A stretch of DNA of 64,000 nt. It comes from an uncultured archaeon (GTDB lineage Archaea; Asgardarchaeota; Thorarchaeia; Thorarchaeales; Thorarchaeaceae). The stretch's first letter is position 1; each line of letters starts with the position of its first letter. The stretch covers positions 128,001 through 192,000 of the forward strand of contig CAZLEV010000005.1 of the NCBI GenBank assembly GCA_964558645.1, written 5' to 3'. The notes beneath the pieces are model-generated. The model worked only from the letters and a program-made list of their open reading frames with translations, was not told the origin of the DNA and searched no databases. A program made the position numbers and the translations under genes. This document shows positions 1-9,258 of the stretch, in pieces.

Positions 1-1667
1 TAAGAAAGAATCAGTCGGCCAGAGTACCCACCAACTTCGGGTCCATAGATGCCTTTCTCTCCAAGCATCAGACCCTCCTCTTCATCAAGAGTCGCTGAAA
101 AAGTGTCACCAAGGATGTTCTTGACGGCTTTCGAAATCACCTTGCTGATAGCATCGATTGTTCTGCTGCGAATCTCCTCATTTGTCTTTCGAAGTATTCC
201 TCTCAGATGTTCGATTTCGTCATAGAATGGTTTGTTGATCCTGTAACCCTCACTCTTCTCCTTGGCCGCCTCGAACTCCTTCTCAGCCATCTTGAATATC
301 TCCGTTTCGTCTTCAAGTGATCCTTTCGCATCACCAAGCTTCTCTAGCAAGAGCCTCTTTGAGTGTTCAAGATTGTCGATCTTGCTGAATAGCTCCTGAT
401 CAGCTGGTGATAATTGGATCTGCTCCAGTCTTGAGTTGAGCCCGTCCAGTTTCTCTACATGCTCTAGGATTTCCTTCCTCTTGCTCTTGGGATCAAAACT
501 CAGATCCTCGCGGACGGGATTAGAAGTGAGGAATTCCTGAATCCTATGTGATGCAACTTGGCGGCCCAATTCTCTTACTCGTTCAAGTGTTTCATCTTCG
601 TCAATTTCTCGGCCACAGATCTGGCAGACAGGGGGGGCACTTGACAGGCATGCATCAATCAGATCCTTTCGATATGGTTCCGGCAGCCTTCCATGTTCTC
701 GAATCAATTCCTTAACGGACTCAAGTTCATTGACAGAGCCAAACCGAGCCCATGCCCACCAGTTGTGATAGACATCCATCCGCGCAGCGGCGAAGTCCTT
801 CTTGCAGGACCGTATTTCACTCTCAATGTTCACTTTCTGGGTTGCGTTCCTTGACAGTGCCTTGAGTTTGGCTTCGCGAATCTCTTCTATTTTTGCTGTG
901 ATTTTCTCTATTTCTCCGGTATAGACCTCTATCTGATCCTTGCAGTGTTTCATCCTCTTCTCAGATTCTGCCTTCAGCTTCCTCTTTTCCTCGAGAGAGC
1001 TGTTCGTGATAGAGATCGATCGTTGGCTGTCGACACGTCCGATCTTGCTTAAGAGACGGTCTTCAAGATCATCAAGCGCGTCCAGGTACGCCATCAGATG
1101 CTGATGTGTTGTTCGTTCCTTCACACGTTCGATGAGTTTGCTAACCTGTGTAGCTAGTATCATCATCTCGCGAGCCTTCTCTCCATCAAAGCAAAGATAC
1201 TCGGCAGATACGCCCAGTCTGAATTCCGAATTCAGGAACTCCTGCACGTCGTCGCCTCGAATGACTTTCTTTCCTCGATCTATCTCCAGGGAATCTTCAA
1301 TAGAATCAATAATATCGCCAGCCAATGACTCCTTTCTCTTTGATCGATCATGTTTCCCCTTCGTCACGCGCTGATAGCTGTACAACGTGCCAGAATCATC
1401 CTCGAAATCAATGCTTATCCTGCACTCTTGTTTTCCTTTTTTGTCCCAATCCAGGACATGGGCCGGATCGACCCACATATGTCGAAACTTTCCTTCTGCT
1501 TGGCTCTCTTTGTAACTGAAACACCAGCGGAGAAGTTCGATTGTTGTGGTCTTACCGGTAGACCCATCCATCTCGAATATTGCGTGTGATTGGCCTTTCG
1601 GAATACTTAATCTGAAATTCCGCCCCCTATAGCCTTCTATGCCTATCGACCTAAATCTAATCCCCAA
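1..1667 (-). CDS. SMC/Rad50-like coiled-coil ATPase (DndD/PbeC-like), 3' end runs off window
   Basis: Not in ORF track; translated by hand from TTG at 1667: MGIRFRSIGIEGYRG...MDGSTGKTTT (Walker A), YLCFDGE, long coiled coil with CQICG zinc-hook motif, and GGYSGR at the ABC-signature position near the window edge; frame open to position 3. Confidence 0.85.
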   Translation of the reverse strand, partial: MGIRFRSIGIEGYRGRNFRLSIPKGQSHAIFEMDGSTGKTTTIELLRWCFSYKESQAEGKFRHMWVDPAHVLDWDKKGKQECRISIDFEDDSGTLYSYQRVTKGKHDRSKRKESLAGDIIDSIEDSLEIDRGKKVIRGDDVQEFLNSEFRLGVSAEYLCFDGEKAREMMILATQVSKLIERVKERTTHQHLMAYLDALDDLEDRLLSKIGRVDSQRSISITNSSLEEKRKLKAESEKRMKHCKDQIEVYTGEIEKITAKIEEIREAKLKALSRNATQKVNIESEIRSCKKDFAAARMDVYHNWWAWARFGSVNELESVKELIREHGRLPEPYRKDLIDACLSSAPPVCQICGREIDEDETLERVRELGRQVASHRIQEFLTSNPVREDLSFDPKSKRKEILEHVEKLDGLNSRLEQIQLSPADQELFSKIDNLEHSKRLLLEKLGDAKGSLEDETEIFKMAEKEFEAAKEKSEGYRINKPFYDEIEHLRGILRKTNEEIRSRTIDAISKVISKAVKNILGDTFSATLDEEEGLMLGEKGIYGPEVGGYSGRLILS

Positions 1668-1673
1668 GAAACT

Positions 1674-1844
1674 TCATCTCCCAAGTATATTTTCACGAAT
1701 CTCCTCGAAAGGCATGTCACGGAGTTTTCCGGCGCGTATCAACTGAAGCAACGGGTTGTCACCATGTTCAGCCAACAACCTCTCAAACTCAGCCGACAGT
1801 ATTGCATCTATCTCTTCTTGTATATTCACAGGTTTGTCCTTCAT
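1674..1844 (-). CDS. Small 56-aa helical protein between helicase and ATPase (PbeB-like position)
   Basis: Hand-translated MKDKPVNIQEEIDAILSAEFERLLAEHGDNPLLQLIRAGKLRDMPFEEIRENILGR*; fills the gap with 6-nt spacing on both sides. Confidence 0.65.
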   Translation of the reverse strand: MKDKPVNIQEEIDAILSAEFERLLAEHGDNPLLQLIRAGKLRDMPFEEIRENILGR

Positions 1845-1850
1845 ATTTCA

Positions 1851-3647
1851 TCACTCCCTCATATAGGAAATCGACTGCAGTGTTTCGTATCGGTCTAGCT
1901 CCATTGGTAGTACGGACCCCTCAGGATCACAGAACACCAAATCAATGATCTTGGCGGGGGCTTCAGGCTCTCGTGGATCGTAGCGTAGGGCGCGTCCGAT
2001 TTTCTGGACCCAATCTCTCTCAGAGCGATGTGAGCCGTGAAGTACGATAAGCGAAATGCTAGGAAGGTCGAATCCTTCCGCAAGCATCTGTTCTGCAATC
2101 AGGCAGAAACCCTTGTTGGAAGCAAACCGATCCATTGCATAATCAAGATACTTCTGTGGGTGTTTCGAGTCGTAAACATAGGCAGATGAATCTGGTTTCC
2201 AGTCAGTATGGGCGGTCAGATGGTCCCGAATCATCTCCGCAATCTTGTTGGTCTGAACAAAGACTAGAGAAAAGCAATCATTGATCTCCTCTATAGAGTC
2301 GTCCAGAACACGACGAAGTTCTCGAATCCCGTTTTTGGAGCTGCGGACATGGTAGGCACGCATGAACGCCGCAGATGCTGAATCAGCATCTCCAATACCC
2401 TTGGAATCCATCTCCATGGCGATTCGACGCGTGTAATCCTCATATTTCTGCATCTCAGACTTCGAAAGACGGCAGAAGTGAGGTTCATATTCCACTTCCT
2501 TTAGTATTGGTCTCCCTTTATTCAAATCATTCCACCGAGAATAAAAGGACGGCAATGATATGGCAAACTGCGAAGCGGGGCCCCCGCAGTGTGAAAGATA
2601 TCTTTCGACCAACTGTGTTCTGAAAGAATCGATAGTAGCTGATAATCCGAGGTGGTAGTATTCAACGCCACCAGAAGTGAGAACATCCTCAAAGTTCTCC
2701 AAGGTGTCTAGCATGCTGTACAAGTTGTGACATTCATCAGCAAACAGGAGACAGTCACATCCAACAAGTGAAAGGCCGTCAGCGACTGTCAGATGGTGTT
2801 CCTTGAAGCGACTATACAGTGTCACAAGGATTCTCTGCTCGGGACGGGCCAAGTATTCCGAATAGGATTCTGAAGTAGTCCCACCTTCATATACATCGAA
2901 ACCCATGGCCTCAAGAATACCTATCCATTGCTCTATCAGTGTCGTAGTAGGTACGAGGACGATGGTAGTGATCTCCTTTCCCACAGGCAACATGTGCTGT
3001 AAATATGACAAAGCAATACGCGTCTTGCCTGTTCCAGGCGGGATATTCACTATCGCTCGTTTTCTACCGGATAGCCATTCGACGATCACTTTCTGATGTT
3101 CCCAGAGGTCGCTCACAAGGGACGGATCAACTTCGAAAACTTTCTCAATGTCCGAGCGAAAGAGTGTGGGCGGAGGTTCATCAGAGGGCAGCTCAAGTTC
3201 ACGACTAAACGAGATAATGTCTGTCCACAAATTCGCCACATCTTCGTGAAATGGGGGTTCAAACTCAACAAGCAGCTCCATATTCTGACCCGATGATCGC
3301 GTCAAATTTGGAGAACCCAGCCCCACAAGAATGCACCCGTTCTCCCCGTCGACGAAGTAGCCCTTCGCATGTATCACTCGCTGATTCTCCGATACGCAGT
3401 GGATCCTTATGATTCCCTTTCGAATAAGTCCTATCAGTTCGTCGGTTTGGCTTCCTGAATGCTTGAGATGCTCCTCGTTCGCCACAATCGATACTTTCTG
3501 CAAGCCTTTGTAACGCTTGAATAGACTCAGTACGTAGTCTAGATTGACATTGTATACAACACACCTGAGGGTTTTACCCTCCATCTGTCCAAGCGCCTTC
3601 GCCAGAAAATTCTCTAACGTATTTAGGCCGAACGAAACACCCTGCAT
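1851..3647 (-). CDS. PLD nuclease domain + SF2 (DExH) helicase, PbeA/Dnd-associated restriction-like
   Basis: HAKGYFVD (HxKxxxxD) plus GSPNLT; PPGTGKT, DECH, SAT, EGFDLP, QKIGRALR. Start moved from 3863 to ATG 3647 (MQGVSF), which follows a GAGG-containing stretch. Confidence 0.85.
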   Translation of the reverse strand: MQGVSFGLNTLENFLAKALGQMEGKTLRCVVYNVNLDYVLSLFKRYKGLQKVSIVANEEHLKHSGSQTDELIGLIRKGIIRIHCVSENQRVIHAKGYFVDGENGCILVGLGSPNLTRSSGQNMELLVEFEPPFHEDVANLWTDIISFSRELELPSDEPPPTLFRSDIEKVFEVDPSLVSDLWEHQKVIVEWLSGRKRAIVNIPPGTGKTRIALSYLQHMLPVGKEITTIVLVPTTTLIEQWIGILEAMGFDVYEGGTTSESYSEYLARPEQRILVTLYSRFKEHHLTVADGLSLVGCDCLLFADECHNLYSMLDTLENFEDVLTSGGVEYYHLGLSATIDSFRTQLVERYLSHCGGPASQFAISLPSFYSRWNDLNKGRPILKEVEYEPHFCRLSKSEMQKYEDYTRRIAMEMDSKGIGDADSASAAFMRAYHVRSSKNGIRELRRVLDDSIEEINDCFSLVFVQTNKIAEMIRDHLTAHTDWKPDSSAYVYDSKHPQKYLDYAMDRFASNKGFCLIAEQMLAEGFDLPSISLIVLHGSHRSERDWVQKIGRALRYDPREPEAPAKIIDLVFCDPEGSVLPMELDRYETLQSISYMRE

Positions 3648-3882
3648 TTTCCTAATCCTCCATTCTCTACAAAGGTCAAGAAAAAGGTTATTGTGGTCGA
3701 AGGAAGATGATGGGTTTGGATAGGGATGAGTCAGACCTTGGATTATACAATTGCCGAGTAATCTGAATGAGTCTTGGCCCGGTAGAGAAACCCTACTCGA
3801 CGCCAAGAAGAAGAATCCTATCAGCGGTTGGAGAAGTCGCATTCTTGAACCTAGGAGCAGCATTAGATCTGGAAGACGAATC

Positions 3883-4641
3883 TCAGCTGAGAACAGAATC
3901 TACGAAGTTGTATTTCTGTTTCGAGTCATAAAGGCCCCACAGATCCCAAGATAGAACGGGAGTGACATCAGAGCGCATCTCCTGAAAAGCGAGGTCTAGG
4001 CGATGCCTGAGATTCTGCATATCCTCTAGGCCGGTAACAATCGGAACCAATCTAGAATTCCATTGAACTCTGGCTTCCTTCTGGGCAACTAGCATGGCAT
4101 CACCTCTTTCGGGTGAGAAAATATCAAAGATGCAGGTTGGCGCACCTTTAGCACTCCATTTCCAGACTATAGGAAATAGATGGGTGCCAACCTCGAAATC
4201 TCGTTCCACAACCCGATCATAGTGTTCCGCCAGAGCTTCTAGCATGTCTAGAATTCCTTCTTCGGGAAGTGTCTTCATCTCCCTGAAGTCATGTTTCCTT
4301 GTCGACTCCCCGGGATCAATCGGATCTAGTGCTCGACCTCTCCGATGAGGTGTTATCTCCCATTCTGTTCCCTGCTCCACCTTCACGAATCTTAGATTGT
4401 CGCCCGCCTCCAGATGGAAATTCTCTGCTAGTGTTTCAAGTTTCATTCTACTGCTATTGTCAACATAGGTTTCATAGTAGGAGCCGCCACAGTGATACTC
4501 GAAACGGACGTTGGAACGTGGAAACCAAAACCTGTGTTCCTCTAATGCGCGCAAAAGGTGATCAAGATGTGACTGGCTCAACTCAAGTTCAAACTCGTTC
4601 TCGCTGACAAAAGTGATGGTTATCACCTCAAATCTTACCAC
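3883..4641 (-). CDS. Hypothetical protein; beta-barrel-like N-terminus and degenerate restriction-endonuclease-like C-terminus
   Basis: 252-aa ORF; C-terminal PIVWK..P..IFDI pattern resembles the DVVW..P..FEV core of PD-(D/E)XK folds with acidic residues altered (pattern recognition only). Confidence 0.5.
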   Translation of the reverse strand: MVRFEVITITFVSENEFELELSQSHLDHLLRALEEHRFWFPRSNVRFEYHCGGSYYETYVDNSSRMKLETLAENFHLEAGDNLRFVKVEQGTEWEITPHRRGRALDPIDPGESTRKHDFREMKTLPEEGILDMLEALAEHYDRVVERDFEVGTHLFPIVWKWSAKGAPTCIFDIFSPERGDAMLVAQKEARVQWNSRLVPIVTGLEDMQNLRHRLDLAFQEMRSDVTPVLSWDLWGLYDSKQKYNFVDSVLS

Positions 4642-4808
4642 AGATGGGTCACAATAGACCCATGGAGCTGTATTCCCTAGGAGGATATATCTGTCTTTGG
4701 GGCCTTCAGATAGGCGAATGAGTAAAGACCAGATTATGAATCAGAGATAACTACGTTCGCAATCTCACGAGCGTTCCACCGATAATCTATTCCAAGAAGC
4801 GGTGACCG

Positions 4809-5069
4809 TTGGTCTCGAATCAGCCACGATGGAAATATGGGACAATGCGCTCCTACTTGGCGCAGAAACAAATGCCTGAAGAATGCTCGCCTATATTGGA
4901 AGATATCATTGAGAGCGTCACAGATATTTTGGAGAAGGAAATAGAGCGGATTGAAGAGAATCTAGGAGAAGCAGATGCGGATGATGAACAGAAATTCAGG
5001 GGAGCGCTAGCCAATGCTTCTCTCTATTTCAAACTCACTCATCTGGCACTCACCATACTTAGGTACTAG
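4809..5069 (+). CDS. Small acidic helical hypothetical protein
   Basis: 86-aa ORF with protein-like composition in an otherwise empty gap; GAAGCGGTGA upstream. Confidence 0.5.
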   Translation: MVSNQPRWKYGTMRSYLAQKQMPEECSPILEDIIESVTDILEKEIERIEENLGEADADDEQKFRGALANASLYFKLTHLALTILRY

Positions 5070-5104
5070 AACACCTCTCGAACCTCAGCAGATGCTTCTA
5101 GTGC

Positions 5105-6043
5105 TCACTTCGATTCATCCTGCTCAGCAACTGGGTATCGCAAGACAGTTGATTTCGAACGGCGGAACTCCAAGGCGAGCTGATACAATCGGACAACTTC
5201 CTCGGCTGAGCAGTAGCTGAATCTATCCTTTACGGAAGAGTAGGGTTCAGTACTCACTAGCGCCTCGAAACGTGACCTATGCTTCTCAGATCCTATGACT
5301 GTAAGTAGAGCATCCAGATGTCTCACGGAATGAAGACCGTCGAGGGCCGAATCAACCTCATCATCAGTGAGGACATTGTACATGAAGAGAGGGGGCACAT
5401 CGCTGAACCATATCACATCACTGTTCTCCATCTGCTCGAAACCCCGGTATTGCTTAGGAATCTCAACCGTCTTCAGGTTCTTCGACGCCAACGAAGACCG
5501 TGACTTCGCTTCGGCCCCCCTGAGGTAAACCTCGTACTTCAGCAAAGCACCGGTCTTAGCAATCATGTCCAGTATTTGCCCACGTTCGAACCAAGGTCGT
5601 GTCTTCTTTGTCAACCAGAATCTGAACACCCTCTGGAGCTGGCCAGCTGGAGTCTTCTTCTTGGTGACGAAGCTATCCTCATAGCCTCTGAGCTGCCAGA
5701 TTCCGCGGTATACCCAATCCCCCTCTCTTTCCTCTTCGGTGTGAACAAAGAGATGAATGTCCTTGTCCCCACCCTGTGCCAAGGTCTTATTGCCATGACT
5801 GTACGTCTGATGCCCTTTCTCCGGTTGCCCCTCTCCTATGTAGTACACCACGGGGCTGTCAGGATTGTACACGTCATCGTATGGACTAGTCTCAAGATTG
5901 AGTCTCAGCATTATTGCCGTATGATCCTCCTTAGGAACAGGAAGAATGCCTCGGGGAGTTGTGGCGTCTTCTTGATATCCAATAGCAGCGAAGATCTCGC
6001 TCTGCTTGTACTCGTTGCCTTCTTTGAAGTCGTCAAATACCAT
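5105..6043 (-). CDS. SRA/YDG-like (McrA-type) modified-DNA reader fused to a degenerate PD-(D/E)XK-like domain
   Basis: GI..., PYDD, YYIGEG..GHQ...GNK.L, IHLF, WVYRG is the SRA-like pattern; C-terminal SDVIWF...P.FMYNV; start set to ATG 6043. Confidence 0.65.
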   Translation of the reverse strand: MVFDDFKEGNEYKQSEIFAAIGYQEDATTPRGILPVPKEDHTAIMLRLNLETSPYDDVYNPDSPVVYYIGEGQPEKGHQTYSHGNKTLAQGGDKDIHLFVHTEEEREGDWVYRGIWQLRGYEDSFVTKKKTPAGQLQRVFRFWLTKKTRPWFERGQILDMIAKTGALLKYEVYLRGAEAKSRSSLASKNLKTVEIPKQYRGFEQMENSDVIWFSDVPPLFMYNVLTDDEVDSALDGLHSVRHLDALLTVIGSEKHRSRFEALVSTEPYSSVKDRFSYCSAEEVVRLYQLALEFRRSKSTVLRYPVAEQDESK

Positions 6044-6200
6044 GATACTGCACCCTACCACTTCGTGGGTAATCACGCACATGGCGAAGAAGCGGCTTTA
6101 ATCTATTCTGGTTGACTGTGACCTAGAAACCTAACATCTTCGTTGATGGTAGACCAAAGCGTTATCTTGTCAGAATGCGAAAGACCGTCTAGGGAGTAAT

Positions 6201-6863
6201 GTGTCACAACGCTCGCACCTAATCGAGGGAGTCATCCTCCTGTCGTTCGTGATCATGACCTTCGGCGTGCTCTCGCTGTACGTCCTGAACCCCATCGTGG
6301 GGCGACACGTGATCGGTGGAGTGGCAGGTAGCTCAGACTTCTCCAGCAGAACCTACGTGGTCACCAGCGGGGCCATCTACGAGATAGAGGTCGAAGTGGC
6401 TGACGTCCATGCGCAGGAGGCAGAGGTCAACGGGACGCTGCGGACCCTCCTAGACAGGCAGCTGGTCGAGGAACGCACCCTGACAGCAAAGGAGAAGGCA
6501 AGCCCGCAGGACTACTCCATGTCGGTCCGAGAGAACGCCACCATCGTGCTCTCATCCGACGAGGACTGCCAGCTCACCGTGGAGTGGTATGTGGAGAAGG
6601 GTGACAAGTGGGACATCACCATCTACGAGAGGCCACCCGAGGGGCAAGTGCGACTGACCCGCACCTACGGACTCGTTGCCGTCTTTGGGATGATTCTACT
6701 CCTTGTTTCGAGGGTGAAATATGGGACTCGCCTTGGGGAGAAAGACGATACTGCGAAACGACCCGATTGGCGTGAGGACGGAGCCGGGGGAGGAACTGGG
6801 CGTGGAGTTCTACGACTGACAATCGGTTCTATAGACTCGTCTGAAATGTATGCCGTCAATTGA
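6201..6863 (+). CDS. Two-TM membrane protein with beta-rich loop (paralogue of 6911..7528); C-terminus frameshifted
   Basis: N- and C-terminal hydrophobic helices; aligns with next ORF (V.GT.R..LD..LVE..TL; G..W.I..YE). Confidence 0.75.
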   Translation: MSQRSHLIEGVILLSFVIMTFGVLSLYVLNPIVGRHVIGGVAGSSDFSSRTYVVTSGAIYEIEVEVADVHAQEAEVNGTLRTLLDRQLVEERTLTAKEKASPQDYSMSVRENATIVLSSDEDCQLTVEWYVEKGDKWDITIYERPPEGQVRLTRTYGLVAVFGMILLLVSRVKYGTRLGEKDDTAKRPDWREDGAGGGTGRGVLRLTIGSIDSSEMYAVN

Positions 6864-6910
6864 CGCAACTGGATGAAAACCAAAGGGTTATTGCCTTCAA
6901 CTGACAGAGT

Positions 6911-7528
6911 ATGAATGGAAGGGGCATCATGCCGAAACGTTCGCAGACCGCTGAGAGGCTCATCATCATCTCCATACTCTACATAGCGATTGCAGCCATC
7001 AGTCTGTACTGGATTGACACAGCCGGTCACAGACACAACATCTACCGAAGGAGCGACCACACAGAGGAGTTCACTCACTCCATGGCTGTCCGCGGGAGTC
7101 ATTCCTACACGGTCACTGTGTCACTCCGGGACATCGGCTGGGGGATCGCCCGTGTTGAAGGGACCGTTCGTCTCTACCTCGACTCCGAGCTGGTTGAAAC
7201 GCTGACTCTGTCTGATGTCGATGAGAGTAGCATCCCCGACGCCAGAGACTCGGCTTCCTGCTGGCTCTATCCCGAGACTGACGGCGAGCTGAGAATCGAG
7301 CTCTCGGTAGATTCTGGTAATTCCTGGACAATCAGTGTGTACGAGGACCTCCCTCAGAGCTTGGATTTCTGGAGGTTGGCCTTCACATATCTTGAGGGGG
7401 GCAGCATCCTGCTCATGACTGGAGTGAGTATCTGGTACCTTCACTACAACCTCCAGGATTCCGACAGAACGAGACCAAGGAACGAGCAGTCCGAGGATGA
7501 CGAGCTCGAGAGGGAGCTTGGTGCCTAG
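6911..7528 (+). CDS. Two-TM membrane protein, tandem paralogue
   Basis: Same architecture as 6201..6863; start may be the second Met (MPKRSQ). Confidence 0.75.
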   Translation: MNGRGIMPKRSQTAERLIIISILYIAIAAISLYWIDTAGHRHNIYRRSDHTEEFTHSMAVRGSHSYTVTVSLRDIGWGIARVEGTVRLYLDSELVETLTLSDVDESSIPDARDSASCWLYPETDGELRIELSVDSGNSWTISVYEDLPQSLDFWRLAFTYLEGGSILLMTGVSIWYLHYNLQDSDRTRPRNEQSEDDELERELGA

Positions 7529-7589
7529 TTCTACGATTGAGTTCCGCGATTGTTGGTCTATTGATACTGTCCCTATGCTCATGGTGCAA

Positions 7590-7647
7590 TGATACGCTTC
7601 CATGACTCCGCCCACCATCCGCCTCACTCAGATGCCAGCCAGAACAG
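7590..7647 (+). repeat. ~57-bp direct repeat, copy 1
   Basis: tgatacgctt-cc-atgactccgcccaccatccgcctcactcagatgccagccagaacag matches 9178..9235 with few mismatches. Confidence 0.9.
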
Positions 7648-7868
7648 AGCGTCGATACAGCCGACACAAACCATGGGATACACGATGCGAAAGGGGGAAC
7701 CGAGAACCACAATCTGTCCATGAACGCACATGATAGTCACTTCCACACGGTCAGGTTTCTCTCCCGAACCTTGAGTGGTTCACAGCCAGTGTCTAAGGAC
7801 GGGTTCTCGTATTCTTAGATTCCCAGCAGGCTGACACTCTGACTCTGGGTGACGACGAGGATCCAGAT

Positions 7869-9056
7869 GTGGCAACGACTAACAGGAGGGATACAGCATC
7901 GACTCGGACCCATCCAGACATGCACTGCGAGCAGGGCATTGAACTGTCGAAGGAGGCAGGTGGCCAGAGGTCTCTTTCCACATCCGAGAGCCTCCCAGAG
8001 CTGTTGCCAGAATTGCGGGCCATCTGGTCGATTCTTGACGAGTCCAAGTCGCCCAAAAGATTCATTATTCGAGTCAGTGGTCGAAACTGGGAGCTCCATT
8101 TGGAATCAGGCAGGATACATCGTGTTTTTGTCAGGTATGCAGCAGCAGTTGGATTCGTATTCACACTTACAGCAGTCATGCTGCTTGTTGCACACTACAT
8201 GTTTCCATATCTGAACCTACTAAACTCGCTGCACATGATTGTGATATTCTCTGGACTCATACTCATAGGCTCAGCGGGGGTTATCATTGCCGTAACTCAG
8301 GGAGTTGGCATCTATCGCAAGAAACGAGAAACCCTACGAAGTATAAGAGAGAAGACCGCAGACAAGATGGGACTGATAGGATTTGGAGCTGATAGCCTAC
8401 CGCCCTATATGCTCGCCGACTCGATTGACCACGAAGTGCTGGTGATTGCAAAGGATCTTGGAGGGGAGGTATTGGATATGGAGGAGCGCCTTATGAAACG
8501 CGGTCTTGTGAGGAGGGGTCTGGAGTTTCAGCGTCGGATCAGCAAACTCATCCTTCTCGGGCTTCTCATTCACTATGATGATGACAAGCGACTCTATCTG
8601 ACCTCTGCAGGACTGGATGCAGTGAACACCCCGCCATCATTGTTTATCTCATCAATCCCTGAAACGGTATGGAATCTGGTCCTGAAACAAAAGAGAAGTC
8701 TGCTCCAGCAGGACTGGGGAGGCATAGTGGTCGCCACAAGTCAAGCACTAGAGGCAGCGATGCGCAGCCTGATTGAGAAATCAATCAAGAGCAAACCAGA
8801 TGAATGGGAGGAGATATCGCAAGTTGCACACGGACGCCCTCTTGAAAAATGGCCTGCGGGTAATCTGTTGCATGGACTGAGAAAACTAGGAGTCGTCAAG
8901 CAGCATTCCCTCGAGGACTACCTTGCTGGTGAGCTCATCAAGATTAGAAATCGAATTCACCACAAGGAAGGAGAGGGTGCGTTCAGCGCGTCTGATGCAG
9001 ACAAGTGCGACATCTACCTCGGTCTGCTCTTGAGATCATGGTTTGGCGTCAGATGA
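7869..9056 (+). CDS. Two-TM protein with winged-helix-like middle and C-terminal HEPN-like domain
   Basis: Two hydrophobic helices; RRISKLILLGLL...LYLTSAG (wHTH wing); ALEAAMR and RNRIHH (Rx4H) at 8946-8963; true start probably downstream (TTG ~8100). Confidence 0.7.
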   Translation: MATTNRRDTASTRTHPDMHCEQGIELSKEAGGQRSLSTSESLPELLPELRAIWSILDESKSPKRFIIRVSGRNWELHLESGRIHRVFVRYAAAVGFVFTLTAVMLLVAHYMFPYLNLLNSLHMIVIFSGLILIGSAGVIIAVTQGVGIYRKKRETLRSIREKTADKMGLIGFGADSLPPYMLADSIDHEVLVIAKDLGGEVLDMEERLMKRGLVRRGLEFQRRISKLILLGLLIHYDDDKRLYLTSAGLDAVNTPPSLFISSIPETVWNLVLKQKRSLLQQDWGGIVVATSQALEAAMRSLIEKSIKSKPDEWEEISQVAHGRPLEKWPAGNLLHGLRKLGVVKQHSLEDYLAGELIKIRNRIHHKEGEGAFSASDADKCDIYLGLLLRSWFGVR

Positions 9057-9177
9057 GGCTTGTTTTGCAGTCTTATCGATTTGAAACCTCCCCAAATCCT
9101 CACTACGTTCTCAGCTTCACAATCTGCCCGCAAGCTGGAAATCAGAAACCTCTGTCAAATAGCCAGAAAAGACCCGC

Positions 9178-9235
9178 TGATACGCTTATATGACTCCGCC
9201 CACCATCCGCCTCACTCAGACGCCAGCCAGAGCAG
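9178..9235 (+). repeat. ~57-bp direct repeat, copy 2
   Basis: tgatacgctt-at-atgactccgcccaccatccgcctcactcagacgccagccagagcag. Confidence 0.9.
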
Positions 9236-9258
9236 CAACAGAACGGAGAAAGCCATCA

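Noticed and set aside
1675-1677. ATG overlapping the small-ORF stop as ATPase start
   Set aside because: Out of frame (stop after 6 codons); the in-frame start is TTG 1667
3648-3863. N-terminal extension of the PLD-helicase in the ORF track
   Set aside because: Low-quality sequence before a better-supported ATG at 3647
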